This document shows, in pieces, positions 11,520 to 23,161 of a stretch of 64,000 nt of DNA. Position 1 is the first letter of the stretch. Each line of letters begins with the position of its first letter. The notes under the pieces are model-generated. The model was given only the letters and a program-made list of their open reading frames with translations, was not told where the DNA came from and did not search any database. The position numbers were made by a program, and so were the translations under genes. The stretch comes from Azolla caroliniana (lineage: Eukaryota > Plantae > Polypodiophyta). The DNA is taken from assembly GCA_043228905.1 (NCBI GenBank), contig JBHGNT010000017.1:11532001-11596000 (forward strand). The letters are read 5' to 3'.

Positions 11520-12345
11520 CAGGATGAGAAGGCCGCGGTTCAACGTGAAGCCCATTATAGTATGGCGGGATGACATTACGCTGGCAATGTTACGGCCCGG
11601 AAAATTTGGCAAGCAGGACTTTGGTGGCCGACGACGCAAAAGGACGTGTATGAATATTGTAGACAGTGCGATTTATGCTAACGACTGGGCCAACCCACAG
11701 AAGTCGCAAGAATGCCACACCAACCAATGTTGCCACTAGATCCTTTCCAAATGTGGGGCTTAGATTTCATGGGCCCCTTTACCCCGGCAACCGCTCGAAC
11801 AGGCAATAAGTATATCCTGGTGGCTATGGATTACTGTTCCAAGTGGGTAGAAGCGAAACCACTACGCGAGAATACCGCGACAATCACGGCGAAATTCATT
11901 TGCAAACACATCTGGTGTCGCTTCGGCTGCCCTATCAAGCTCATTAGTGACCAAGGGAGTCACTTTCTGAATACGGTCATTAGCAAACAGACCGAACATT
12001 ACACTATGGTGCACAAAAAAAGTACGCCATATTACCCGTAGGCAAATGGCTTGGCGGAATCCACGAACAAAACCCTCCAAACTATCCTCAAAAAGATATT
12101 CAATGAGAACAGGACGGATTGGGACACCAACTTGTATAGCGCGTTATGGGCATACCGTACCAACTATAAGACCAACATACAATCAACACCGTTCAGGCTA
12201 GCATTTGGCCTGGAGGCCATGATGCCAGTCGAATTCCCGGTACCCAGTCTGCGGATTCAAGTACGAGCCCGGCTACCATAGGGCAAATCCGAACAAGTAC
12301 GACTACAACAACTGCTAGAGCTAGGAGAAACAAGGTTACGATGGC
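11520..12345 (+). pseudogene. pol: Gypsy (Athila/Tat-like) integrase fragment
   Basis: WGLDFMGPF, ISDQGSHF, AESTNKTL, ALWAYRT. Stops and frameshifts. Confidence 0.9.
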
Positions 12346-12534
12346 TCAGCGACCAATGAACCCTAGGCCACAAAAAGAAGGAAATAGAAGGTTTTCTGCA
12401 CAATACAGAAATCAACCTTCTAACTCTCATCGCTCTCATCGCTCCTCTTCCTCACCCTCCATCCTATCATAGAGCTCAAGCTCGCCACAACCACCAGTCT
12501 TCACCCATTCATTAGCCACAAGCCTATTCTGACT

Positions 12535-12872
12535 ATGTTGATATCCATCTCTACCGCCTTGCGTCGATGGCTCGTGGAGAAACGCTTGGATGGGTACATC
12601 AAAGTCGTTGAGGCACCTCCACACCCTAACGCACTGGACATCGCTAGGAAGCTCAACATCGACACGGTCAGCAACTCATCCATCCAGAAAAAGCTGGACC
12701 TGTCATCACTGGGTGAAAGGCATTTCGAAATCCCTCCTGTGGAATCCTTGCAAATATATTTCGATCCATATTCGTTATCCGCCAAGCCATATAGAACGAA
12801 GGAATTCCTAGATCCCATTTTCCGCGAAATCGCCGAGTTCCTATCTGAGGTTGGATGTGTACATGTAAACGC
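12535..12872 (+). pseudogene. N-terminus of subfamily B eORF, interrupted by the copia insertion
   Basis: LRRWL..DGYIKV.EAPPHP..FREIAEFL, homologous to 50747-51100. Resumes at 18489. Confidence 0.85.
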
Positions 12873-13621
12873 TGTTGGGATTTCGGTCCCTCCGGATGGG
12901 ATGTCCGGAGATGAATGACGGCAAGCCCGGTTGCGGTTACGGTGCCGGATGATGAAGACCCCGGCTACGGAGCCGGATGATGAAGACCCCGGTTACGGTG
13001 CCGGATGATGAAGACCCCGGCTACGGAGCCGGATGATGAAGACCCCGGCTACGGAGCCGGATGATGAATACCCCGGCTACGGAGCCGGATGCTGAAGACC
13101 CCGGTTACGGAGCCGGATGACGAATGTACCCGGAGGGAGATCCGGATGCGGGGACATATTTGTGAATATGTTTGCCAAGAGCCCTTGAGGCTATATTTGT
13201 AAATAGCCCGAAAGTCATATGTGTATAAATATGACTTAGGGCAAACAGTTTATGTTGCTGCTTATTTTTTCTGTTTTTCCACTCAAGGGGAGTGAAGAGA
13301 GAGTAGCCGAGAGAGAGAGAGAGAGATAGAGCGCGAGAGACGAAGAGGTAGACGCCTCTGTGTATTTCCGCCGCCTGTGGCGAGGACAGCGAGCTCAAGG
13401 TCGTCGCCTTGCAGCTCGCCATTGTATACTTCTCTGTATAGTGTTTGGTTTGGAGTCTTGTACTCCCGTGGTTTTTCCCGTCTAGGGTTTTCCACGTTAA
13501 TCCCTGTGTACTCGCGTCTTATTTTGTTTCTCCGTGTGGTTCCTATTCTCTGCTCCATTGATCCGCGATTAATCGGTTGTGGCCGACAGAAGAAGGTGAA
13601 TAGAAGGTTCGATTCTCAACA
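12873..13621 (+). repeat. 5' LTR
   Basis: Matches 17735-18483 except one T/C difference seen (13105 vs 17967). Confidence 0.97.
12935..13122 (+). repeat. 28-bp tandem repeat, ~6.5 copies, in U3 (also ~17797-17984)
   Basis: Unit CCGGATGATGAAGACCCCGGCTACGGAG starts at 12945, 12973, 13001, 13029, 13057, 13085 and 13113. Confidence 0.95.
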
Positions 13622-13624
13622 ATC

Positions 13625-13636
13625 TGGTATCAGAGC
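13625..13636 (+). other. PBS, initiator tRNA-Met
   Basis: TGGTATCAGAGC, 3 nt after the LTR. Confidence 0.95.
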
Positions 13637-13651
13637 GAGCTGTTGCAAAAA

Positions 13652-16600
13652 ATGGAAGGCGGCGGCAGCGGGCAGCCGGGAATGATGGTGCTGAATGCGT
13701 GAATTACGCCGACTGGAAGATCAAGATGGAGGATCTTCTGATTGTTCGGGACCTGTACGAACCGATTGACAGGTCGGAAATACCGAAAGGGGTACTTGAG
13801 TCGGAATGGAGGCTTCTGAACCGGAAAGCCGTTGCAACCATTCGGCAATACGTCGACGTGAGCGTTCTACAACATGTGGCGAACGACACCAACGCATATG
13901 AGATGTGGCGGAAGCTGTCGGGCCTCTATGAGAGGAAGAATGCGTTGAACCGGACCTCCCTGATGAGGAAGATAGTGAATCTCAAGTACCGGGACGGCGA
14001 GAGTATGGTGGAACACGTAAGCACGTTCATGGGATTCGTGAACCAGCTTGCGGCGATCAAGTTCCCGTTGGAGGATGCAATGCAAGCCATCATTCTGATG
14101 TGTACATTGCCGGAAAGCTGGGAGAACTTGGTGGTGACTCTCAGCACCTCCTGCACCGAAGATAACTTGTCTCTACAAACGGTAAAGACAAGTATTTTGA
14201 ACGAAGAAGCGCGTCGGAGAGATAAAGAACCGGCCTCCGACTCGAAGGCGCTGCTTACCGAATCGGATCGGGGAAGACAATGGAACCGGAGTCCGCAAAG
14301 ACGGGAGAAGTCGGGGACCCGGTCGCAGTCAAGAGGAAGGCCCACATGCTTCCACTGTGGGAAGCCGGGGCACTTCCGGAAGAATTGTCGGCATTACCGA
14401 AAGGACAACGGAGCCGACGACACCGATTCGAAGAAGTCACCGGAGAGAAACGGTGCATACCGGGGAGCCACGGACCGGAGAGGTCCGGATCGGCGAGGGC
14501 AGGACCGGAAAGGAACGACGGCACTCGCGGCAAGTGAAGAAGAGATAATGCTCATTACCGAAGAGAGGGAGCTGAACCTTGCCGGTGTAGAGATGACCTG
14601 GGTGGTCGATTCCGGAGCGTCGTTCCACCTGACCCCGGAGAAGAAATACTTCTCATCCTACACACCCGGTGAGCATGGCTGTGTCCGGATGGGAAATGAA
14701 GGCACATGCCGGATTGCCGGCATAGGAGACGTGTGGCTGATGACATCAACCGGATGCAAGATGCTGCTGAAGGATGTGCGACACGTTCCGGAAGTCTGAT
14801 TGAACCTGATCTCGGCCGGGAGGCTAGATGATGAAGGCTACACGGGTAGCATCCGGAACGGTGTCATGAAGTTCAGCAAGGGGAGCCTGATAGTGGCTCG
14901 GGCCCGGAAGGTCAACACACTGTACCTGATGAACTCCCGGCTATGTCCGGAAGAGCTGAATGTGGCAGCCGACACTGCCGGTGAGCTGTGGCACAAAAGA
15001 CTGTGCCACATGAGTGAGAAGGGGATGAAGAGGCTTGCAGAAGACAACCTTATCCCAGTGAAGCATGTGCACCTGGAAAAGTGCACCGATTGCCTGGCCG
15101 GTAAGCAGAACCGAACCTCCTTCCACTCAAGGCCACCGACGAGACGTAGCGCACCATTGGAGTTGGTGCACACCGATGTGTGTCAGGTAGAAACGAAGTC
15201 ACATGGCGGAGCCCAGTACTTCGTAACATTCATAGATGATCATAGCCGAAGACTGTGGACGGCACCGATGAAGACAAAGGACCAAGTGTTGTCCGTCTTC
15301 AAAGAACTCCACGCGAGAGTGGAAAGAGAATCCGGCAAGAAGCTGAAAGCGATACGAGCGGATAACGGAGGGGAATACGGGGGGCAGTTCCAGGAGTACT
15401 GTCGCTCGAAGGGGATCCGGCTCGAGTTTACTGTGCCGAAGACGCCGGAACTAAACGGGCTGGCCGAGAGGATGAACCGGACCATAATGGAGAGGGTCCG
15501 GAGTATGCTGGCGCATGCGAAATTACCCAAGGGGTTTTGGGCTGAGGCAATGTCGACGGCGACATACGTGATAAACAGATCACCCTCAGTACCTTTGGAC
15601 GGAGACACGCCGCAGAAAGTGTGGACCGGTAAGGAAGTGTCCTACCGGCATCTGAAGGTGTTCGGGTGTCTCGCATACGTGCATGTGGCAAAGGACCGGA
15701 GAGGAAAGCTAGATCCAAAGACCCGGCCATGCATATTCCTCGGTTACGGCGACGACGAGTTCGGCTACCGAGTATGGGACCCGGTCGACAAGAAGATATT
15801 CAGGAGTCGAGATATCATCTTCATGGAGAACAAGACACTCGCCGACTGGGAGTCGGAGAAGAAGATGAAGAGCTCCAAGTCGACCGGTGAGGATCAACTC
15901 TACGAGGAGCAGTCCCGACCGGCAAGGGACCGGTTAGCTCTCGAGGATCCGGCCGAAGACGGTGAAGAAACAGAACCGGCCGAAGAAGATGAAAATGATA
16001 CCGGAACCGGCCCCGATCCCGAAATGGATTCGGATGAAGAAGAATCGGAAGAACCGGTTACCGAAGCTCCGGAACGGAGATATCCTCTAAGAGAGAGAAG
16101 GGCCCCCCGGAGATTTCCGGAACCAGAGCACGTGCTGCTAACCGACGAGGGGGAGCCGGAGAGCTTTGAAGAAGCAAAGCATGACACCCAGAGCCGCAGG
16201 TGGTTGAGTGCCATGCAGGACGAGATGGATTCCCTGCATGAGAACCACACATATGAACTTGTGGAGTTGCCGAAAGGAAAGCGGGCACTTCGAAACAAGT
16301 GGGTGTTCAAGCTGAAACCGGGAGATGCCGGAAACCCCCCGAGATACAAAGCCAGGATCGTGGTGAAGGGGTTTCAGCAGAAGAAGGGCGTCGACTTCGA
16401 CGAGATATTTGCCCCGGTAGTGAAGATGACCTCCATCCGGACGGTGCTGAGCATAGCGGCAAGCATGGACCTCGAGGTAGAACAGATGGACGTGAAGACG
16501 GCATTCCTTCACGGTGACCTCGAAGAAGAGATCTACATGCAGCAACCGGAAGGATTCGAGAAGAAAGGGAAGGAGCACCTGGTATGCCGGTTGAAGAAGA

Positions 16601-17724
16601 GCCTTTACGGACTGAAGCAGGCTCCCCGGCAATGGTACCGGAAGTTCGACTCCTTCATGACCGACGAAGGGTACCACAAAACGCAGTCCGATCACTGCGT
16701 GTTTGTGAAGATGTTCGAAGGAGGAGACTTTCTAATACTCCTCCTATACGTGGACGACATGTTGATCGTCGGACGGGACCAGGTCAAGATACGGATGCTG
16801 AAGAAGGCTCTTCACCGAACCTTCTCAATGAAGGACCTGGGTCCGGCGAGGCAAATACTAGGGATGCACATCATCCGGGACCGGAAGAAGAAGCAGTTGT
16901 GGCTGTCACAGGAGAAGTACGTGACAAAGGTGCTTCACCGGTTCAACATGTCGGAAGCAAGACCGGTCGGGTCAACCCTCCCGGCAAACTGCAAGTTGTC
17001 CAGCAAGCAGAGCCCCAAGACAAAGGCTGAGAAGGAGGACATGATGAAAGTACCATATGCCTCTGCCGTCGGAAGCTTGATGTACGCAATGGTGTGTACA
17101 AGACCGGACATAGGATACGCAGTCGGAGTGGTGAGCCGGTACATGAGCAATCCCGGCAAAGACCACTGGAACGCGGTCAAGTGGATACTCCGATACCTGA
17201 AGGGCACGGCAAACGTGTGCCTCCGATTCGGCTCCGGTAAGCCCGAACTCGACGGCTTTACCGATTCGGATATGTCGGCTGATGAAGATACTAGCCGGTC
17301 CACATCAGGGTATGTGATGACGTATGCAGGGGGAGCTGTTTCGTGGCAGTCGAGGCTGCAGAAGACGGTTGCGTTGTCAACCACGGAGGCGGAGTACATG
17401 GCGGCTGTTGAAGCCGGCAAGGAAATAATATGGATGAAGGACTTCATTAGAGAGCTCGGTATCCGGCAAGAGGAGTACCGACTCTACTGCGACAGTCAGA
17501 GTGCCATCCACCTTGCGAAGAACGCGGCCTATCACTCCCGGACGAAGCACATCCAGCGAAGATATCACTGGATCCGGGAAAGGATAGAAGACCAGGAGTT
17601 CATGCTGACGAAGATCCACACGGAAGAGAACGGGTCAGATATGCTGACCAAAGTGCTCACACCCGACAAGCTGGAAGCGTGCCGGAAGAGGGTCGGATTG
17701 GAGAGACATCCCATGCCGAAGTGA
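13652..17724 (+). pseudogene. gag-pol: Copia gag-pol polyprotein with an apparent 1-nt frameshift (~13698) and an in-frame TGA (14797-14799)
   Basis: CFHCGKPGHFRKNC; WVVDSGASFH; WHKRLCH..CTDC; VHTD..DNGGEY..AERMNRT; QMDVKTAFLHG, LYGLKQ, YVDD; DSD, EAEY, CDSQSAI, DMLTK. Confidence 0.95.
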
Positions 17725-17733
17725 AGGGGGAGT
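17723..17733 (+). other. Polypurine tract
   Basis: GAAGGGGGAGT before the 3' LTR. Confidence 0.9.
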
Positions 17734-17734
17734 T

Positions 17735-18483
17735 TGTTGGGATTTCGGTCCCTCCGGATGGGATGTCCGGAGATGAATGACGGCAAGCCCGGTTGCGGTT
17801 ACGGTGCCGGATGATGAAGACCCCGGCTACGGAGCCGGATGATGAAGACCCCGGTTACGGTGCCGGATGATGAAGACCCCGGCTACGGAGCCGGATGATG
17901 AAGACCCCGGCTACGGAGCCGGATGATGAATACCCCGGCTACGGAGCCGGATGCTGAAGACCCCGGCTACGGAGCCGGATGACGAATGTACCCGGAGGGA
18001 GATCCGGATGCGGGGACATATTTGTGAATATGTTTGCCAAGAGCCCTTGAGGCTATATTTGTAAATAGCCCGAAAGTCATATGTGTATAAATATGACTTA
18101 GGGCAAACAGTTTATGTTGCTGCTTATTTTTTCTGTTTTTCCACTCAAGGGGAGTGAAGAGAGAGTAGCCGAGAGAGAGAGAGAGAGATAGAGCGCGAGA
18201 GACGAAGAGGTAGACGCCTCTGTGTATTTCCGCCGCCTGTGGCGAGGACAGCGAGCTCAAGGTCGTCGCCTTGCAGCTCGCCATTGTATACTTCTCTGTA
18301 TAGTGTTTGGTTTGGAGTCTTGTACTCCCGTGGTTTTTCCCGTCTAGGGTTTTCCACGTTAATCCCTGTGTACTCGCGTCTTATTTTGTTTCTCCGTGTG
18401 GTTCCTATTCTCTGCTCCATTGATCCGCGATTAATCGGTTGTGGCCGACAGAAGAAGGTGAATAGAAGGTTCGATTCTCAACA
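17735..18483 (+). repeat. 3' LTR
   Basis: Direct repeat of 12873-13621. Confidence 0.97.
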
Positions 18484-18488
18484 AACGC

Positions 18489-19790
18489 ATATGGGATGCC
18501 CAAGCAGAAGGCAGGTATCATCATTGATACCTTTGAAAAGCGTACGGTTGATTGGGGGGTCATTACGGGGTCGGCGTTACGGGAAGGCCTGCACACTTAT
18601 CAAGGAGGAAAAAAGCTTAGGCCTATCAAACAACAGTAAACCCACGCTGCCACCTCGATCTGTGAAGCGAAGGTTAGCGGAGTTAGCCACCACAGAGTGG
18701 GAGGATGAACCCCAACCCGCCCAGCCGAACACGCGAACCACACAGGAAGAGCAGGCTGAGCGCACCGAGGAAGCGGCACAGGAGCCGGAAGTTGAACCAC
18801 GATAGGAAAGCCCGAGGCCGAAACGGCGGAGACTGTATAGGAAAGATGGGCGCGGGTTAGTTAAAGACACACTCGTGGCCACGGAGACGACGATCATGGG
18901 CGATAGCTCCATAGCTACGGAGCCCAACACCACCTTCGAAGTAATCTGGCAACCACGACCGATCATTACGGCCCAGTCACAGTGGGGCAAAGCTATATTG
19001 ATGGCGTAAAGCGAGGTCCTGGCATATCCGGACATTCTGGACATGGCCCATTAGTTCGGCGCACTATTACATTTCGGAACCACTTTTGAAGTCATGGAAT
19101 TCTTTACAACGCAATACATAAAAGTCTCACAACGAATGGCCGAGGAGCACGCGGAGCGCCAAATGATCGAGCGCGCGTTAACACTAACGGCAGAAAGTGA
19201 CGATGAGGATCAATTAGCTAGAGTTAGAGATTGACCGTCTCCGCGCCGAACTTCGCCAGTACTCGGACAGAGAAAAGGACATCTGGGCTAACGGCCGAAA
19301 GGTAGTGAAGACCCTTGAAGAGAAACTCGCAGCGGAGATAACACAACACACCTGAACGAAAGAAGAAAATGCCCAATACGAGAGGAAGCGAAAAAATCAG
19401 AAGCGGCAATCATGGGAATCAGGGCCTTATTGGATAAAAAGAAAGCATGGTTCAACGAGTAGTGGGTTGGAGAACAGGAGAGGAGGCATCAGCTAGAAAT
19501 CCGCCTGAACAATGAAATGGGAAAACTGGAAGAACTACATTCGAAGGAATCTCAGCTCTGGCAGGAATGAGGAGCACTTATGAGGAAGCGGCGACGGTTA
19601 GTAAACAAGAAATTGCAAACCTCAAGAAAACCGGAGAAGAAGCATGCAACCGTTGGCAAGCCATAACAGACAACGTGTGCATCCTTCTACAAACGAATCG
19701 GGAGAGGTTTATGGCGTTTTAAAATTGGCGCTAGGCAAAGGATGGATGGCGTGGGCTACACAAGCAGCGGAATTGCATACGTACTGCATG
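18489..19790 (+). pseudogene. Continuation of the subfamily B eORF (degenerate)
   Basis: Rejoining across the TSD restores VHVNAYGMPKQKA, as in the 51053 ORF (VHVNVYGMPKQKA). Confidence 0.85.
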
Positions 19791-20235
19791 AGTTGCAATA
19801 TGTTACTTTCCTCTCATCTAATGAATCATTGTTTGTTTGAAACATTATTTGAATCGTAGGTATTTCATTATTATAGCAAGTTGGTTTTGCATGTGTTTGT
19901 TTGTTGCAAACTATATAATCTAAGGAAAAGGTGTATTAGAAAGAGATGTTGATTGATATGTATGTCAAATGTGGCTTGACCCATGTAGCACATACATATA
20001 TGCTTGATAAGCTTCACATATTGAATCAATCATATATTAATCTCTTCCTCGTTAAATAATGTTGTGATGTGAGAAGTTATTGAGCATTTGAAGGAACTTC
20101 TTGTAGTGATGGGGTATTCATGATGAAATTTCATGAAGTTTAAAGATAGAATAGCATCAAACCAAATAATGAACTCTTGAGTCTTTATTAGTAAAAGAAT
20201 ATCTATGATTTTGGTGCAAATAGACACGAGCCCCT

Positions 20236-20440
20236 ACACACATACACACATGTCATACAACTAAGATATACCACACATACAATATAATACATACATAAAT
20301 AAACATGGTATACAATACATACATGCAATGCAATACATACATATGAACACACACATAACACATACATACATACATAAAATATATATAACATATGCAATAC
20401 AATATAATACATACATACACACATGTATAAAACATACATG
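20236..20440. repeat. Degenerate (TACA/TA/CA)n microsatellite
   Basis: Low-complexity ATAC runs within the AT-rich spacer 19795-20578. Confidence 0.8.
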
Positions 20441-20578
20441 TGTCTTCTATGTAAGGGCATTTAAAATGAGTTGTTGTCAAAATATATATTGGCACTAAGG
20501 GTTATTTTTATTAACCATGTTTTTATAGAAGGGTATCTAAAATAGTAAAAAACATACATATAAGGGGTTTATAAAAGG

Positions 20579-22487
20579 TGTCGCAAACGCACGTGATATA
20601 ACCTTTTTATATATAGTGGAGCCCCCGAGGGCTACGGTTCGGGGGAAGACCGGAATCAAGATGGACCCTCCACATCCATTCTGGAGACTTTTGTGGTTGC
20701 GAATCAACGTATGACCGGAGAGACGACGGGTGACGGCGAGGTAACCGGAGCAGGTACCCGGTGCGACAAGACGGATGAGCAGGGCCAAGACGGCAAGCCG
20801 GAGCTAAAAGGGGCTACGACAATGAAGGAAGATGAGAACGATGTGGAGGTCGGGGCTACGGCGAGTAAAGGGATTGAAGCGGAGCATGCGCTACGACCGG
20901 CGAAGGGCCTAGAAACAAGCATGCACCCGAAAGAGCGACAACGAGTGGTCAACAACGGCGGACCGGTTGAGCCTTTGAGAGGCAAGCACACGGCGAGAGA
21001 CGGAGTGGTGAGGTTCCATGATCGGCGGATGAATGGCGAGAGCAAAGGATGGTGCGTGGAGAACAAAGGGCTACATGCCGGGAAGAGAAAACGTGACTTC
21101 CCAAAAGGCATGCGAGGCCAAGCAGGCCAAGAGGGCGCGAGTCGGGACGAAGCGGTAACGAGAGCTACGAAGGATACCAACACGGAGGTCGGCATGACGG
21201 TATGCTCTACCTCGAGAGAGAACGACAAGCAAGGGAGAAACGAGGAGCGCGTAATCGGGTCACCTAAGGCCCTAAGAATGAGTGCGTATTCGGAGGATAA
21301 CGACGACAGACGGGAAGAACCTAAGGAAGGCATGCGTGGAGCGGAGAGAGTCGGCACACCGAGGTGTTCGGGACGCAGAGAAAGTCGAACCAAAGGAGTG
21401 TGGAATCCGGCGTACAATCGGAGTGACTGGGGGCCTAATCGGATGGCATACACGGCGGACAAAGGAGCAACCGGATCGGCATTGGTGTTCAGGAGGAACG
21501 ATTAGGGAAGAAGGCGTGAACGCCGGATATGGTGAATCGGATGCAGCCAACGGCTCTGGGACGTGCGGCGGATATAGTGGATCGGGAGGCTACGACGGTT
21601 CGTGTGGAAGGTACGGTCGTGCTTGAAATGGAAGACGAAGTCGAGCAAAGCCAACAAGGACGTGGCAGACCTCAGCTTTATCACCATTGCCGACAAATCT
21701 CACCTCTTCTCCTTTCCTGGCACATATCGGTGGATGTGCGATTTGGTGGGGCCGGATGTCGTGATGATTTTCAGCCATGGTGCGAAAATCGAGCGGGATA
21801 GAGAAAATGGAGATGTGCAACATTGCACATGAACTTTGTAACATAGGAATGAATAAGCAAATGTAAAGTGTAAAGTGTTAAGGTAGTCTATGACAATTGT
21901 TAAGTGTAAATGTGATGTGAACTTTGTAGACTAGAGGGAATTACATAGAGTATAGTGTAGTGAGTAGTGGGCATTGAGTGTGAATGCAAGAGGAGAGGGG
22001 GTTAAAGCCCACCGATTTAAGATCAAGGGAGATATTCCCCATTTAATGGAAGGGGATTTGACTCCCTTTTTGTAATGTGCCTCACCCCTTACTACTATAA
22101 AAGGGAGTGAGAGGTCCCTTTTGAAGGGGTTGCCTATTTTGAGTGAGAGAGGTATACCACTTAGGTTGAGGGTTTCTATTCGGTTTTAGGGTTTCTTCTA
22201 GAGTTTCTTCTTGTGTTTCTTTTAGGGTTTGACTCTTCTTCTTTACTTATCTCGGTAGGGTTCTTGTAGTCATTTGGTTTGGCCTATGTGGCCATGGTTG
22301 TAAACAATTTGTGGATTCTTAATATAGCATATTGATGTATCTTGTCTTGTTGGTGTATGTTGCCTCCATCGATTTCTTGTTCCATGCTAGTGTCTTATTC
22401 TTTCTCATCTCCTCTTGAGCTAAGCTTTCATTCCTCCTCTACTCCCTAGTCCAAGACCCCCGCGGTCCCGCCTAAGATCCTACACGT
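20579..22487 (+). repeat. Putative long LTR of a TGTCG-type gypsy family, 3'-truncated
   Basis: Starts TGTCGCAAA. CTATAAAAGGG at ~22095 is followed by a T-rich tract. CCTAGTCCAAGACCCCCGCGGTCCC is shared with the other TGTCG-type LTRs. Confidence 0.5.
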
Positions 22488-23161
22488 TGTCGTGGAGAAA
22501 GCTGTCCCTAGGAGGATTCAGAAGAAACCGTGCACAAACCAGCCCTTCCATGTGTGGACGTGTGAATTGATAACTTGTACATAATTATGTGTAGGGAGGC
22601 CGATGTAAATATACTAGGTGTGACATATTTATGAGGAAATCGGTGCGTATCTCTGTCCGAAGGGATAGAGAATAAAGTAATGTGATTGTGACTGAAGGAG
22701 AACGGTCTCTCCCCAACGACCTATATAAGGAAGAGGAGAAGGAAGAACAGGGCATCGTGCGTTAGCGAGGATGAAGTGCTGTCGGACCGAGTACCGAGCT
22801 CTCTCTCTCTCTCTCCTCCTTCGGTTGTCATTCTCTACGGGTTCGGAGATCGTTGCCTCTGCTTCGTGGACAGCCCGTGCGCTTCCATCAGAGGCTCTCC
22901 CTTCGCGTTCTGTGCTTGGTGTGTGACGCCTGTGTGTGTGTGTGGGTGGACTCCCATGTTGGGTCCGTTGCCGGCTTGCCAGTTGTAATAATTTGGCATT
23001 ATAAGCAAATCTTCTGTTTGTCTCTCTCTTTCTCTATGCTTCAGCAATCGCTCTTTTTTTTCTCTCTCTCGCGTTCCTTGGTTTAGGGCCCCCGCGGTCC
23101 CATCTCGTTTCACATGCGAAAGCGTAGTAACACGATAACGTACTCACAGATTTTCGCGACA
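22488..23161 (+). repeat. Putative solo LTR of a TGTCG-type family
   Basis: TGTCGTGG...TTCGCGACA ends; CTATATAAGG at 22721; CT repeats; GCCCCCGCGGTCCC motif. No TSD. Confidence 0.55.

Larger units (their letters stand above)
12873..18483 (+). mobile_element. Full-length young Ty1/copia element (Tnt1/Tork-like)
   Basis: 749-bp LTRs with TG...CA ends. TSD AACGC at 12868-12872 and 18484-18488. PBS-Met, PPT and gag-PR-INT-RT-RH order. Confidence 0.98.

Noticed and set aside
11330-11520. CT-rich then GC-rich stretch as a captured gene 5' UTR
   Set aside because: Too short and low in complexity to support without a database search.
12935-13122. 28-bp repeats as a CRISPR array
   Set aside because: The units are contiguous with no spacers, lie within both LTRs of a copia element, and no cas genes are present.
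14797-14799. Programmed stop-codon readthrough between gag and pol
   Set aside because: The TGA falls inside the protease region at a usual Arg position (VPE.R.NLIS) and lacks a CARYYA context. A CGA>TGA mutation is simpler.
19795-20578. AT-rich spacer as a host exon or DNA-transposon remnant
   Set aside because: Only short or microsatellite-derived ORFs. No TIR pair or recognisable domain could be supported.
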